Shown here one piece after another: positions 28,564 through 38,346 of a stretch of DNA of 64,000 bases (the stretch's first letter is position 1; every line of letters starts with the position of its first letter). A program made the translations under genes and the position numbers. The notes beneath the pieces were generated by a model that ran no database searches, was not told the origin of the DNA, and saw only the letters and a program-made list of their open reading frames with translations. The stretch comes from an uncultured Chloroflexia bacterium (GTDB lineage Bacteria; Chloroflexota; Anaerolineae; Anaerolineales; UBA4823): the NCBI GenBank assembly GCA_963774935.1, contig CAVZGO010000002.1, positions 137,865 through 201,864 on the forward strand. Direction: 5' to 3'.

Positions 28564-30702
28564 TTATTTCCTGAACATCCGCTTCAGCCAGGGAGCATGC
28601 TGGTTCACCCAGCGATTGAGGCGGGAATGCCCAAGCGCGTAGTAACCTCTCTGCCCAATACTACGAAGCCAGCTCTGCATCGCATCGTCACGGTTTTCTA
28701 CCACCACCTGCTCACGTAAAGTATGGCTGCGGTTCGCCAGGGTTAGGGGGAAGCTGCTCAGCCTGCTCTTGCGCCAGGGTTGATCATCTCTCAAGATTAT
28801 ATAATCCAGCGTCTTTTCATCCAACGGAGGCGGTTCGGAGGCATCGAGATGAAGCAGAACCTCAGGAATCACAATGCCGGTCGCCTCGGCTGTATCCAGG
28901 CGCCAGAGCGCTTCCAGCTCGCCATAGCGCCCAGCGCGTGGATCGAACACATCGATCAATAATTGACCCGGCGAGGTACGCAGAATGGCGCGGGTGAATA
29001 GCTGCAGCGACAGGAAAGGGGCTAACTCAGGCGCGGCATCGATGGGAAAAGTATCGATGAATCCCCGGGCTCCATCGTGGATATCCTTGTAACAGCTCAC
29101 AAAGTTGATTTGCGGCTGGCGACTCAATGTGGATAAACCAACCTGGAGAAAACGATTATCCAGCCTGTCGCCGCTGCAAAGCAACAACAATGCCTGAGCT
29201 GTCAGAAGCTCGGTAGGCGCCAGGGCTCTACCTGCCAAATCATAGAGGGTATACATCTTACCCAACAGCCAGGCAGGTGTGGCGTTTAACCTGCCTTCTT
29301 GCATTGTCTCGGCAGGTAAGCCGCTGAATGACTCAATGCCGTTATCTTTCCCCCACGGGAGCAGTAATACGATCTGCAGCTCTGGTAAATCCGCTGATTT
29401 TAAGCCAGCCAGAGTGCTTGCCAATCCTTCCGGATGGTCACACAGAATGCACACCAGGAGTGATAGTGGTTCTGTGACTGGTCGCGTCTCAATCCAACCA
29501 GGATGCCCGGATTCCTGGTAGTACGCATCCAGGGTCTTTTTCGAAACCGGATAAGGCCGGGTAATTCGCTGGCGCAGCGCATCATCCTGCCGCAACCGCT
29601 TCATTTGTACTGCCAGATCACTGGCGCTGCCATCAAACACGAGGGCGTTGCGCTCATGCTGGAAAATCCCCTGAAAAGCCGGCAGATCAGAAACGATCAA
29701 TGGTATCCGAGCTTCGTAGAGCTCATGCGCAGCATAGCAGAAGGATTCATAATGGCTGGGGATTGCCGCAAAACATACCTGGGGCAGCAAATGTCCCAGC
29801 TCGCTCCAGCTCAATTGACCATGGAACTGGAAAGCACCGCGTAGATGCTGCGGAATTTTTTCTAGCAGGTAAGCCTGGTAGCTCCCTTCGCCTCCGGGAG
29901 GCAGGTGGGAGTCATAACCCACCAGCGAAAATCGCAGGGGTGGATTGGATGGCTCATTCAGGTAGAGCACTGCGGCATCCACAAAGGTATCTACACCTTT
30001 AATCCCATGCAACCTGCCGTAGAACAGCGCAGTATCCGCGATTTGAGTGGACGCCTCTGCTACAGGAATATCGATGAGTGGCGGTGGAGAAAGGACAGCC
30101 TGACCAAACCAGGGCTCATAAATGGGCAGGTAAGCCTGCTCAAGGAAAGCCTGAGAAGGGTAAACCACTGTTTCAGCCAGGCGTAATGCGTGGCGCTCCA
30201 ATCCATACATGAGATAACGATCGATGCCATGGATGCTGCCCGGCTGCTGGCGGTCAATCAGCTCAAGCGAGCCATGCAGGCGCACGGAGATGTGTGTGCC
30301 AGCATAATCCAATCCAGCCGCCTTTGCGCAAAGAGCGGTATACGCTGAGCCGGTGTACTCAAAAAATTCGATCAGCTCAGGCTGCTCCAACCGGCAGAGC
30401 TGGCTGGCTGCTTTATGGAAGCGATAAGATCGGTATTCGAATACCGATCGAAAATCTCCCGGTTTAATTGGCAGATCTCCAGCCAGGTCCTCCACGCGGT
30501 AAGCGCGGCAGGCTTGAGGATTGGGAAGCTGCAAGCGGTCGATTTGATCAAACCGTTGGAACTCTGCAGCGGTCAGATCAAGCAAGAAGAGCACTTCATG
30601 CCCTTCGCCAAGCAACAAGCGGGCAACATTATGCAGCAGCACGCCTGCCCCACCTTTTACGGTAGGGTAGATTTCGAAGGATGCAAAACACAGGCGTGCC
30701 AT
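28564..30702 (-). CDS. two-domain glycosyltransferase: N-terminal GT4 (GT-B) plus C-terminal GT-A-like domain (paralog)
   Basis: MARLCFASFEIYPTVKGGAGVLLHNVA, ESFCYAAHELYEARIPLIVSDLPAF. C-terminal LSLLVCILCDHPEGLASTLAGLKSADLPELQIVLL...LLLLCSGDRLD is GT2-like. Collinear with 26451..28508. Confidence 0.75.
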   Translation of the reverse strand: MARLCFASFEIYPTVKGGAGVLLHNVARLLLGEGHEVLFLLDLTAAEFQRFDQIDRLQLPNPQACRAYRVEDLAGDLPIKPGDFRSVFEYRSYRFHKAASQLCRLEQPELIEFFEYTGSAYTALCAKAAGLDYAGTHISVRLHGSLELIDRQQPGSIHGIDRYLMYGLERHALRLAETVVYPSQAFLEQAYLPIYEPWFGQAVLSPPPLIDIPVAEASTQIADTALFYGRLHGIKGVDTFVDAAVLYLNEPSNPPLRFSLVGYDSHLPPGGEGSYQAYLLEKIPQHLRGAFQFHGQLSWSELGHLLPQVCFAAIPSHYESFCYAAHELYEARIPLIVSDLPAFQGIFQHERNALVFDGSASDLAVQMKRLRQDDALRQRITRPYPVSKKTLDAYYQESGHPGWIETRPVTEPLSLLVCILCDHPEGLASTLAGLKSADLPELQIVLLLPWGKDNGIESFSGLPAETMQEGRLNATPAWLLGKMYTLYDLAGRALAPTELLTAQALLLLCSGDRLDNRFLQVGLSTLSRQPQINFVSCYKDIHDGARGFIDTFPIDAAPELAPFLSLQLFTRAILRTSPGQLLIDVFDPRAGRYGELEALWRLDTAEATGIVIPEVLLHLDASEPPPLDEKTLDYIILRDDQPWRKSRLSSFPLTLANRSHTLREQVVVENRDDAMQSWLRSIGQRGYYALGHSRLNRWVNQHAPWLKRMFRK

Positions 30703-30707
30703 TGGCT

Positions 30708-32357
30708 TTATCCGACCGGAAATTCGAGAAACTCTGCCAGGGCTTGAAGCGCCCGCCGGTTGTTTTCTGGCGCATAAAGACGATAAGCAGCGATTATTTC
30801 CTGGCGCTCCTCCAGCGCCTGGCGAGCAGCGGTAGCGATCGTCAGTGATTCATCGGGGATTGGCACTACCAGGCGCTGGCGCAGGTAGGCATGATCCTGG
30901 AAATAATGCGTGGTGGGACCGAACAGGCAGGGCGAGCCAACGGACAGGCTCTCAAGGGGCATCATCGGAGCGCATTCGGTCAGGGTCACGTACAGGTTCA
31001 GGTGCATTTGCCGCATCATCTCCGGCACCTGAGACTGGGCTAAAGCGTGATACTCGTATTCGGCAGGTATCTGCAGCAGCCCGGCAAACTCTTCCAGGCG
31101 GTGGCTGACATGGAATGCATGACCCTGGGCGCCGGGCAGCATTTTAAGCGCTGCCAGCATGGCATAAGGCGATTTCTTCCAACTGCCATCCGGCTGAGCC
31201 CAGATACCGATATGCGGACCGCCATCCAGGGGTTGAGATGGGGCATCCGGGATCCGCCTGACCAGGTTAGGGATAAATGCCGACTTGATCCCCGCCTGGT
31301 TCATGATCTCCGCCATTCCGTGTTTGACGAAGCCGATTTTTGCGATCTCACCGGAGCGATGCAAGCCAATTACTTCTTTCAAAACCTGCCAGTCGTAATC
31401 TTCGCGCATGTGCAGGAAATTGCCATGATAAATGACATACACAGGCAGGCGTGGAGCGAGGCGGTTCAGCGCTTTCACCAGATGCAGGTAAGTCTTTGGA
31501 AAGCCTTGAATGGTCAGTGAGGGTACACCTGACTCAATGAACAGGCGGGCATAATAATCGGCGCGTTTTCGGTCCAGGTCATCCGGTACCAGGTACAGGT
31601 TATCAAAAAGCTCACGCGCTGAAGCCAGGATGCCGCGCCACTGCGGGTGATTGATCGACAGCGGCCGAGGCTGCGCCTGTTGAGCCGCCAGCCATTCCAG
31701 GTCACGCGCCGCGATCTGATCCCGGCGCAGGAGCAGCAAGGCTGGTTGCCCCGCTGCAGCAGCGCCGGTTCTGGAATCTACAATTCCATCGGGCGCTTCT
31801 TCTATTTCGAAAGCTTTGTAAACAACATCCATGGGAATGCGGTTGGGATAAACCGAGACTACTCCAATAGCATTCGAGTGCAGGTCAATAATCTTCTGCT
31901 CACTGCCTCGCCGCAGCTCAAGCCGCCCGCTGCCCGGGTTGGTCTGAAAATCGATGCGCAGGTTTTCATCCCGAGTGTAGAGGTAAAGCTCGTCTATTTG
32001 GGTGGTGTAGATTGCCTGACCAAATGGCGCAACGATATCCGGGTGCTGGCGCCATTTTTTCAAGGAGCGCTCCAGCAGCTCCAGTGGCATTCCATCAGGA
32101 TATTCGTCGTACCAGATGCCCAGCAGGGTGGTTTCAGGTGCGTAGCTGCCTGCCTGACCTGCGCCGAGCAGGCGAATACGAACCAGGCTGTCTTTCAACC
32201 GCCAATGGCGCAGCCAGCGAAAAAGCAGGCTCTGACGCAGCCGAGAACCCCACTGGAACTCTCTGCTGCTCTTCAGAAATTCCAACTCGGCACGCAGCTC
32301 TTCCACCTCAGGCAGGCGGTAAGAGACAGGTTCGTTGATTGGCGTTTGACTGGGCAT
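30708..32357 (-). CDS. hypothetical protein, possible divergent GT-B glycosyltransferase
   Basis: 549-aa ORF within the glycosyltransferase operon. The C-terminal half (LTIQGFPKTYLHLVKAL...VYVIYHGNF...ECAPMMPLESLSVGSPCLFG) resembles a Rossmann-type GT-B lobe. No sharp motif. Confidence 0.5.
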   Translation of the reverse strand: MPSQTPINEPVSYRLPEVEELRAELEFLKSSREFQWGSRLRQSLLFRWLRHWRLKDSLVRIRLLGAGQAGSYAPETTLLGIWYDEYPDGMPLELLERSLKKWRQHPDIVAPFGQAIYTTQIDELYLYTRDENLRIDFQTNPGSGRLELRRGSEQKIIDLHSNAIGVVSVYPNRIPMDVVYKAFEIEEAPDGIVDSRTGAAAAGQPALLLLRRDQIAARDLEWLAAQQAQPRPLSINHPQWRGILASARELFDNLYLVPDDLDRKRADYYARLFIESGVPSLTIQGFPKTYLHLVKALNRLAPRLPVYVIYHGNFLHMREDYDWQVLKEVIGLHRSGEIAKIGFVKHGMAEIMNQAGIKSAFIPNLVRRIPDAPSQPLDGGPHIGIWAQPDGSWKKSPYAMLAALKMLPGAQGHAFHVSHRLEEFAGLLQIPAEYEYHALAQSQVPEMMRQMHLNLYVTLTECAPMMPLESLSVGSPCLFGPTTHYFQDHAYLRQRLVVPIPDESLTIATAARQALEERQEIIAAYRLYAPENNRRALQALAEFLEFPVG

Positions 32358-32371
32358 TTAACATTTACCTT

Positions 32372-34477
32372 CTAAACTCTGCTGTTGCGCAGGTACCAGC
32401 GGCGAAGATTGTCTGATCCCTGTTCAAAGAACAGTCGCGCCCATGCCTGCAGCATGTAGAAGTATTCCACTGCGAGTGCCTGGCGCTCTCCGCCCGCCAT
32501 TCGCAGCATCTTTTTTACATTGCGAGCAAATCGCTGCGCGCCGCGCCAGTTGTTCTTTACTGTGATCGGGCGCGGCAGGTACTGGTCACGGTTCATGTGA
32601 TAATGGATGATGATCTGGGCGATGATCGTTTTTCGCAGGTAGGTGTAAGTAAACCGGTTCTGCTCTGGCTGATGGTCTACCTCGGCAGTGGGCTGGATGG
32701 CAACGTCAAAGCCAAGCCGCTGAGCCAGAATGGCTGCAATCAGCTCTTCTCCACCGCTGAAATCTCGCTTGCGCCGTCCATACTGTCCGCGAAAACCGCC
32801 CATTTCCAGCAGCGCCTGCCGGCGGGCACACCAGTTAGCGCCCCAAGGAAACTCCATATAATTTTGAACCTCTGTGTAGCTTCGCTGGGGGGTAATAAAC
32901 TGTGTCCAGAAGCGCTCCAGACCTGCTTTCAGAACCGGCGGGCGTGGCTGGGGGTACTTCAGAAAGATATGCCCACCCGCCACGCCTAAATCGGGGCGAG
33001 ATTCAAATGCCTGCCAGATCTGCTCCAACCAGGCGGGACGAGCCAGCGCATCATCGTCCAGGAAGCAAAGCACTTCACCACGCGCCTCTGCAATGCCTGC
33101 ATTGCGGGCATAGGATAAACCCGGGATGGGACATTCCACCAGGCGAATCCGCTCACGATCATCAGTAAAATATGATTCCTGCAGTCTAGCGACTGCCAGG
33201 GGCGGATTTGGATCACTCGGGTCATTATTGACCACCAGGATTTCAAAATCCTGGCGAGGGAAATTCTGCCGGGTCAGGGATTCCAGCGCTTGCTGCAACA
33301 GCTCGTCACGACGGTAGGTGGTGATCACCACGCTCAGCTTACGCTTTGGGGGTGGAAACTGGCGGGCTTGGGCTTCAATAATGCGCAAGTGGTGAGCATG
33401 CAAGCGGACATCCAGCAGGCTGGCAAGGATATCGACATCCGCTATCGAGCCCCAACCCTGCCAGGGCTTAGAAAGCAGCGACAATGCGCGGCGCGGCTGG
33501 TCCCAGGCAAGGCATAAATCCCAACCGGGATCCACCACCTCAGGCAGGCGCTCATCACCTACAACCAGCAGCATACGCAGAGCGCGCTGAGGATAATCAA
33601 AAGGCAATATTGCCTGGCTTGCATCCTCGGTGATTGTGATAAAAATGCTTGGCGACCACCAGGAGGAGAAGGATTCGGGATGGTAATTACCTTCATCGAG
33701 GCGGATGTTTCCTGCACGCAGCAAGGCGTTCTCCAGGCTCTCCCCTAACTCGCGACCGAGACGGCCGCCGGATTGGGCGCGGATTTGAAATGCCCACGGA
33801 GATAGGAAGAAATCCCGGTAGAAATCCGCCCAGACTGAAAATTTTTCTCCGCCATCGCCCACCAGGCGATTGAATAATCCAGAGGTTTGCAGGATTTCCG
33901 GGAATTTGTACGCTGTTTGTTTTGTTGCATTTCGTTCTCGGGGTGAAACCAGTGTACGGCTGCGTCCGAAAAGCCCCACTTGCAGCCAGTATGGATTGAA
34001 ACTGATACCACCGCGGAGCGGCGGTTGTGCTCCAAAAATCCATGCTAATTGGCTGCGCAACATAAATGGTGCTCCAGGAATTGGCTCGTCCGCGACATAA
34101 GCCAGGTCGGCACTGGGGTCCTGACGGAGCATGTCGATTAACCCTTTGAACCTGGGGATTTTGAGCTGGTCAGGATCCTCCGCTCCGACGATCCATTCAC
34201 CCGTGCAAGCATCACCTTCACGGGTGGCTGATTGAAACTGGTATGTCGGAAATGCCAGGCTGAGCGTGTTACGTTTTTTTTCGCCGCTGTCATCATCATC
34301 CGATCCTGGCAAGAGACAGGTCACACGATCAGCATTACACGGAAAAATCACCCGACGAAAATCTGCCGGATAGAGCTGCTGGCGAATCTCTCGAAAACGG
34401 TAAATTTTATAATCCTGCCAGCTCATCATACGCAGGAAGGCAGGAGAAGTATCTTGAGAAGTGACCAGATGATTCAT
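32372..34477 (-). CDS. family 2 glycosyltransferase with about 370-aa N-terminal domain of unknown function
   Basis: LSVVITTYRRDELLQQALESLTRQNFP..FEILVVNND...GLSYARNAGIAEARGEVLCFLDDDA is a classic GT2 (DxD) core in the C-terminal half. Confidence 0.8.
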   Translation of the reverse strand: MNHLVTSQDTSPAFLRMMSWQDYKIYRFREIRQQLYPADFRRVIFPCNADRVTCLLPGSDDDDSGEKKRNTLSLAFPTYQFQSATREGDACTGEWIVGAEDPDQLKIPRFKGLIDMLRQDPSADLAYVADEPIPGAPFMLRSQLAWIFGAQPPLRGGISFNPYWLQVGLFGRSRTLVSPRERNATKQTAYKFPEILQTSGLFNRLVGDGGEKFSVWADFYRDFFLSPWAFQIRAQSGGRLGRELGESLENALLRAGNIRLDEGNYHPESFSSWWSPSIFITITEDASQAILPFDYPQRALRMLLVVGDERLPEVVDPGWDLCLAWDQPRRALSLLSKPWQGWGSIADVDILASLLDVRLHAHHLRIIEAQARQFPPPKRKLSVVITTYRRDELLQQALESLTRQNFPRQDFEILVVNNDPSDPNPPLAVARLQESYFTDDRERIRLVECPIPGLSYARNAGIAEARGEVLCFLDDDALARPAWLEQIWQAFESRPDLGVAGGHIFLKYPQPRPPVLKAGLERFWTQFITPQRSYTEVQNYMEFPWGANWCARRQALLEMGGFRGQYGRRKRDFSGGEELIAAILAQRLGFDVAIQPTAEVDHQPEQNRFTYTYLRKTIIAQIIIHYHMNRDQYLPRPITVKNNWRGAQRFARNVKKMLRMAGGERQALAVEYFYMLQAWARLFFEQGSDNLRRWYLRNSRV

Positions 34478-34549
34478 AAATGCGGTTTACCGGCGCCAAA
34501 AACGGGTAATCAATTATAACAATGAAACGGATCATGATCGACAAGCCAG

Positions 34550-35791
34550 TTGAAGTTGTTTATAATACGCCGCATGTCCCCTGAGACAACTGGAAACTTG
34601 AAACCGGCCGGTAGAGCGCGCGTGCTGTGCATTCCCGACCGTCCGGATTGGATTTTCAATCGCCACGCCCAGATGCTTTCACGTTACCTGAGTGATGAGT
34701 TTGACTTCACGGTAGTTTACCGCGGCGATGATTATCACGAGGACGATTACGATTTAATCTATCCGCTTGAATGGAATATGGTCGACCTTGAGCAAATCCG
34801 CAAACCGGAAAAATATGTTACCGCGATTCGCTCTTTCGTCTCGTGGGTTGATTGGGACTTTCAGCACCTGGTCGACTTGCTGGTGCATCGCTACCAGGCT
34901 GTGCACGTCATCTCGCGCCAGCTATACGACTTATTTTCCCCGTTTATACCCGGATTACAGCATATCACCCAGGGCGTCGACCTGGAGGCATTCACCCCAC
35001 AGGCATCTCCTGGAGAACCGATTACACCAGTCAGACAGGCTGGAAGATTGCGTTTAGGATGGGCAGGAAACCGGATATCGATGGTCAAAGGTTTTCAAGA
35101 GTTCGTCCAACCAATGGCGGAAATCCCTGGGGTAGAGCTGGTCGTAGCGGGTTTTGCCGACCACAACCTGCCACTGGAGCAGATGCCGGATTTTTACCGC
35201 TCGATCGATGCTTACATCAGCGCGTCGAGCTTTGAAGGCAGCAATAATTCGATCATCGAAGCTGCGGCAATGCAGCGTGCCATCGTCACAACAAGGAACG
35301 GAAGCGCTCCGGAATATCTGACGAATGAACAAAATGCTTTGATCGTAAATCGCGACCTGGACGAATTCAGAGCTGCGGTGATCCGGCTGCGAGACCAGCC
35401 TGAGCTGTGCAGCCGGTTAGGTGCTGCTGCCCGGCAAGCGCTCATCGATGGCGGCTGGTCATGGGTGCAAAAAGCTGAGCACCACCGGCAATTCTTTCGA
35501 CAGGCGCTGAGAGGTGAGGGCGGAGCACCAACCGGGCGACCGCCGGTTTTGATCCATTCTGAGAGCGATTATCTGAGGGTTTTACAAGCCCAGTATGAGC
35601 TGGAACGTGAGTTACGCAGCGGCTATGCGTGGATGGAATTCAACCGGCGTTTGGAAATCGATGAATTACGCAGGCAAATTGCCGAGCTGCGTGATTCCGA
35701 GACCTACCGAATGGGTGAAAGATTTAAAACGCTACCAGGCGGGCGCAGCCTCACCCGGCTCTACCAGCGTCTGCGGAAGAATCCACAGTAA
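34550..35791 (+). CDS. GT4/GT1-family glycosyltransferase with C-terminal coiled-coil tail
   Basis: RLGWAGNR...ELVVAG...YISASSFEGSNNSIIEAAAMQRAIVTTRNGSAPEYL..EQNALIV (the E-x7-E region of retaining GT-B enzymes). Alternative start ATG 34574. Divergent from the GT2 gene. Confidence 0.7.
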   Translation: MKLFIIRRMSPETTGNLKPAGRARVLCIPDRPDWIFNRHAQMLSRYLSDEFDFTVVYRGDDYHEDDYDLIYPLEWNMVDLEQIRKPEKYVTAIRSFVSWVDWDFQHLVDLLVHRYQAVHVISRQLYDLFSPFIPGLQHITQGVDLEAFTPQASPGEPITPVRQAGRLRLGWAGNRISMVKGFQEFVQPMAEIPGVELVVAGFADHNLPLEQMPDFYRSIDAYISASSFEGSNNSIIEAAAMQRAIVTTRNGSAPEYLTNEQNALIVNRDLDEFRAAVIRLRDQPELCSRLGAAARQALIDGGWSWVQKAEHHRQFFRQALRGEGGAPTGRPPVLIHSESDYLRVLQAQYELERELRSGYAWMEFNRRLEIDELRRQIAELRDSETYRMGERFKTLPGGRSLTRLYQRLRKNPQ

Positions 35792-36657
35792 GTAAGCTCG
35801 CATAACGATCAGCACCCTGTTCCAGCAGCTCCAAGAGAGCGGTTTCTTCTCCTTGTTCTAACAGCTGCTCAAGGGTTTCCAATTGCTTTCGATAAAGACT
35901 CAGGTTGGATAAGATATTGCTCTTGTTGGAAACCAGGATGTCCAGCCATCATCCGGCGCGGTGAGGCAGCCAGGCGAGCCGTGCTGCGAAAACCTGGCCC
36001 AATTAGCGCAGTGGCTTCTCGGGGTGTGATGGCAGCCAGCGCATTCGCTGCCAGGTAAGGCAGGTGACTTGTTGATGCCACCCAACGGTCATGAGTTTCG
36101 TCATCCAACCAGATCGGATAAGCCCCTACCTGTTTGACCAGCTCCAGGACTAAGCGCCGCGCCCGTTCGGTTGTATTCGACAGCTCCGTAAGCACGAAGG
36201 CAGCATTCAAGTAGAGATCAGCCTGAGCATTCACCAGCGAGCCATGCTCCTTGCCGCAGATTGGATGTCCTCCAACCGCTTCGAACGGAGCTGGCAAAGC
36301 GGACATTGCCGCGCAAATTTGTGCTTTCGTAGAACCAAGGTCTAACACAACAGAGCCAGCCGGTTGAATACCGGGTAACTCTTTGATGATTTGAAGAATG
36401 GCGCGAACCGGAGCTGCCAGGATCACCATGCCCACCTGCGGCAGAATTTCGGCCGGATCTTGAACACAGCGGTCGACAATCTGACGCTGTGTCGCCATGG
36501 AACAGACTTGCGGATCAGGATCGCAGCCGTATACAGCCGCCACACGACCACGTAGCGCCAGAGCCAGTGAGCCGCCCATCAAGCCCATGCCGAGGATGGC
36601 AACGCGCTGCTCCGACAGCGAGGCGCTACGATCCATTACGCGCTGCTTCCTCACCAA
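35751..36657 (-). pseudogene. tyrA: prephenate dehydrogenase; frame broken at about 35949
   Basis: ORF 35869..36657 has VAILGMGLMGGSLALAL and the TyrA core up to RLAASPRRM, then nonsense. Skipping one base (cgg atg [a] tgg ctg gac) restores RMWLDILVSNKSNILSNLSLYRKQLETLEQLLEQGEE..., the usual TyrA C-terminus, ending at stop 35751-35753. Confidence 0.75.
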
Positions 36658-37717
36658 CCAAGACAGACTTATAAGATGGCGATGGTAACGGTTGTTGGGG
36701 TGCCAGGCGGCGCCCCAGTGCTTCAGCGATGCCTTTCACCTGAGTGATCAGCTCAGCGAAGCGTTCTGGCTTCAACGACTGACCGCCATCGGACAGGGCA
36801 TCTGCAGGGTTAGGATGCACTTCGATGATCAGCCCGTCGGCGCCGGCGGCAATTCCTGCGCGTGCAATCGCAGTCACAAACGCCCAATTGCCCGTGCTGT
36901 GGCTTGGATCGAGGATAACCGGCAGGTGAGTGAGTGATTTCAGAGCTGGGATAGCATTGATGTCCGTGGTGTTGCGGGTGATAGTTTCGAATGTACGGAT
37001 GCCGCGCTCGCACAGCACCACCCGCCGGTTGCCATGCGAGAGGATGTATTCAGCCGACATGAGCAGCTCTTCTACCGTTGCGCTCATGCCGCGCTTGAGC
37101 AGCACCGGCTTCTGGCTCTCGCCCAATGCGTGCAACAAAGCGAAGTTCTGCATATTGCGCGCCCCCAACTGGAGCATATCTGCATAATTAACCACCATGG
37201 GAATCTGCTCTGGCGACATCACCTCGGTCACAATTGGAAGCCCCGTAAGCTGTTTTGCTTCGCTCAGCAGCTCCAGCCCCATCAAGCCCAGCCCTTGAAA
37301 TGAATATGGTGAAGTGCGCGGCTTGAAAGCACCACCTCGCAGCGCATGAGCGCCAGCTTCGCGCACTGCCAGGGCGGTCTCGAGAATCTGAGTGCGGCTC
37401 TCCACCGAGCAAGGCCCGGCAATGATGATCACATCCTCTCCGCCAAACTTCAGACCTCCATTCACGGTAAATTGCGAGTCATCTTCTCGAAACTCGCGGG
37501 AAGTCAGCTTATACGGGCGCGTGATGGGCACAACCCGGTCTACGCCAGGCAGCATGGTGAACAAATCCCGATCAACCGGCCTGCCGTCACCGATCGCGCC
37601 GATGACAGTGCGCTCAATCCCCGTTGATAAATGGGCGCTCAAGCCAAGCAGCTCAACCCGTTCCACCACATGGTTGATTTGATCCTGAGAAGCATCGGTG
37701 CGCATGATGATCATCAT
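36626..37717 (-). CDS. 3-deoxy-7-phosphoheptulonate (DAHP) synthase, type I-beta, with N-terminal ferredoxin-like regulatory domain
   Basis: The first 70 aa or so form a regulatory domain ([23 protein letters not shown]). The catalytic core has [29 protein letters not shown] and LDPSH. Confidence 0.9.
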   Translation of the reverse strand: MMIIMRTDASQDQINHVVERVELLGLSAHLSTGIERTVIGAIGDGRPVDRDLFTMLPGVDRVVPITRPYKLTSREFREDDSQFTVNGGLKFGGEDVIIIAGPCSVESRTQILETALAVREAGAHALRGGAFKPRTSPYSFQGLGLMGLELLSEAKQLTGLPIVTEVMSPEQIPMVVNYADMLQLGARNMQNFALLHALGESQKPVLLKRGMSATVEELLMSAEYILSHGNRRVVLCERGIRTFETITRNTTDINAIPALKSLTHLPVILDPSHSTGNWAFVTAIARAGIAAGADGLIIEVHPNPADALSDGGQSLKPERFAELITQVKGIAEALGRRLAPQQPLPSPSYKSVLVGEEAARNGS

Positions 37718-37804
37718 AGCGGTACTCTCCTTTTAAATGTCAATAAAAAAACCTAATTCGTGATAAAGGCTGCTTTGATTTATCCTAAAATTTCCATTAA
37801 TCCA

Positions 37805-38176
37805 TCATGTCAAATTCACCAGGTCAGGACGCAGCCGCGCTGCTTCGCCCAGGTACACGTGCTGAATGGCAGATTGGTGAAGTCCAGTATTCCAATGCAA
37901 TAAGACCCGGATGCAAAGCCTCAAGCTGCCTGGCACAGGTATTTCCCGGGCGCAAAAAAGGGGGACCTGGCTCCAGCCGATCTGTCGGGCTGCGCGCGCT
38001 GGGTAGGCTGCATCCAAATCCTCGGTGACCGTGAAAATCACGCTGGCCAGGTCGTCGGTACGCAGGTCAGGATTGGCAGCCTGAATTGCTTCAAGCAACT
38101 CCCTGGTTGCGCTGAGGATGGCACTTTCGCTATTCTCACCAGCCACATTAGCTCCCCTGATCCCACGAACGGGCAT
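37805..38176 (-). CDS. aroH: AroH-class chorismate mutase
   Basis: VRGIRGANVAGENSESAILSATRELLEAI...VIFTVTEDLDAAYPARAAR...PLFCAREIPVPGSLRLCIRVLLH. ATG 38176 lies 7 nt after AGGAGG (38184-38189). Confidence 0.85.
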   Translation of the reverse strand: MPVRGIRGANVAGENSESAILSATRELLEAIQAANPDLRTDDLASVIFTVTEDLDAAYPARAARQIGWSQVPLFCAREIPVPGSLRLCIRVLLHWNTGLHQSAIQHVYLGEAARLRPDLVNLT

Positions 38177-38202
38177 CACCAAACCTCCTGACCGTGTTAA
38201 TG

Positions 38203-38232
38203 AAAAACGCGAGACCGTTGGTCTCGCGTTTT
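38203..38232 (-). terminator. intrinsic terminator inside the aroH leader (candidate attenuator terminator)
   Basis: On the minus strand: CGCGAGACC-aac-GGTCTCGCG followed by TTTTT (plus-strand stem 38208-38228, A-run 38203-38207). It lies downstream of a predicted promoter and only about 15 nt upstream of the aroH RBS. Confidence 0.6.
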
Positions 38233-38249
38233 GGCTGTTTGCCTGGTAT

Positions 38250-38339
38250 TTAGCCTGTCACGCGTTGCCAACGGCCAGACCTGGCCGTAAACTCACCGTA
38301 ATAATAAAGTCCACTTGCACTCAGCAGAACAGGCATCAT
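38250..38339 (-). CDS. candidate 29-codon leader peptide MMPVLLSASGLYYYGEFTARSGRWQRVTG
   Basis: Translated by hand: ATG ATG CCT ... TAT TAT TAC GGT GAG TTT ... TGG ... TAA. Three consecutive Tyr codons (38306-38298) plus Phe and Trp. No SD sequence, but the ATG sits at the predicted transcription start. Confidence 0.35.
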   Translation of the reverse strand: MMPVLLSASGLYYYGEFTARSGRWQRVTG

Positions 38340-38346
38340 GGAGCTG

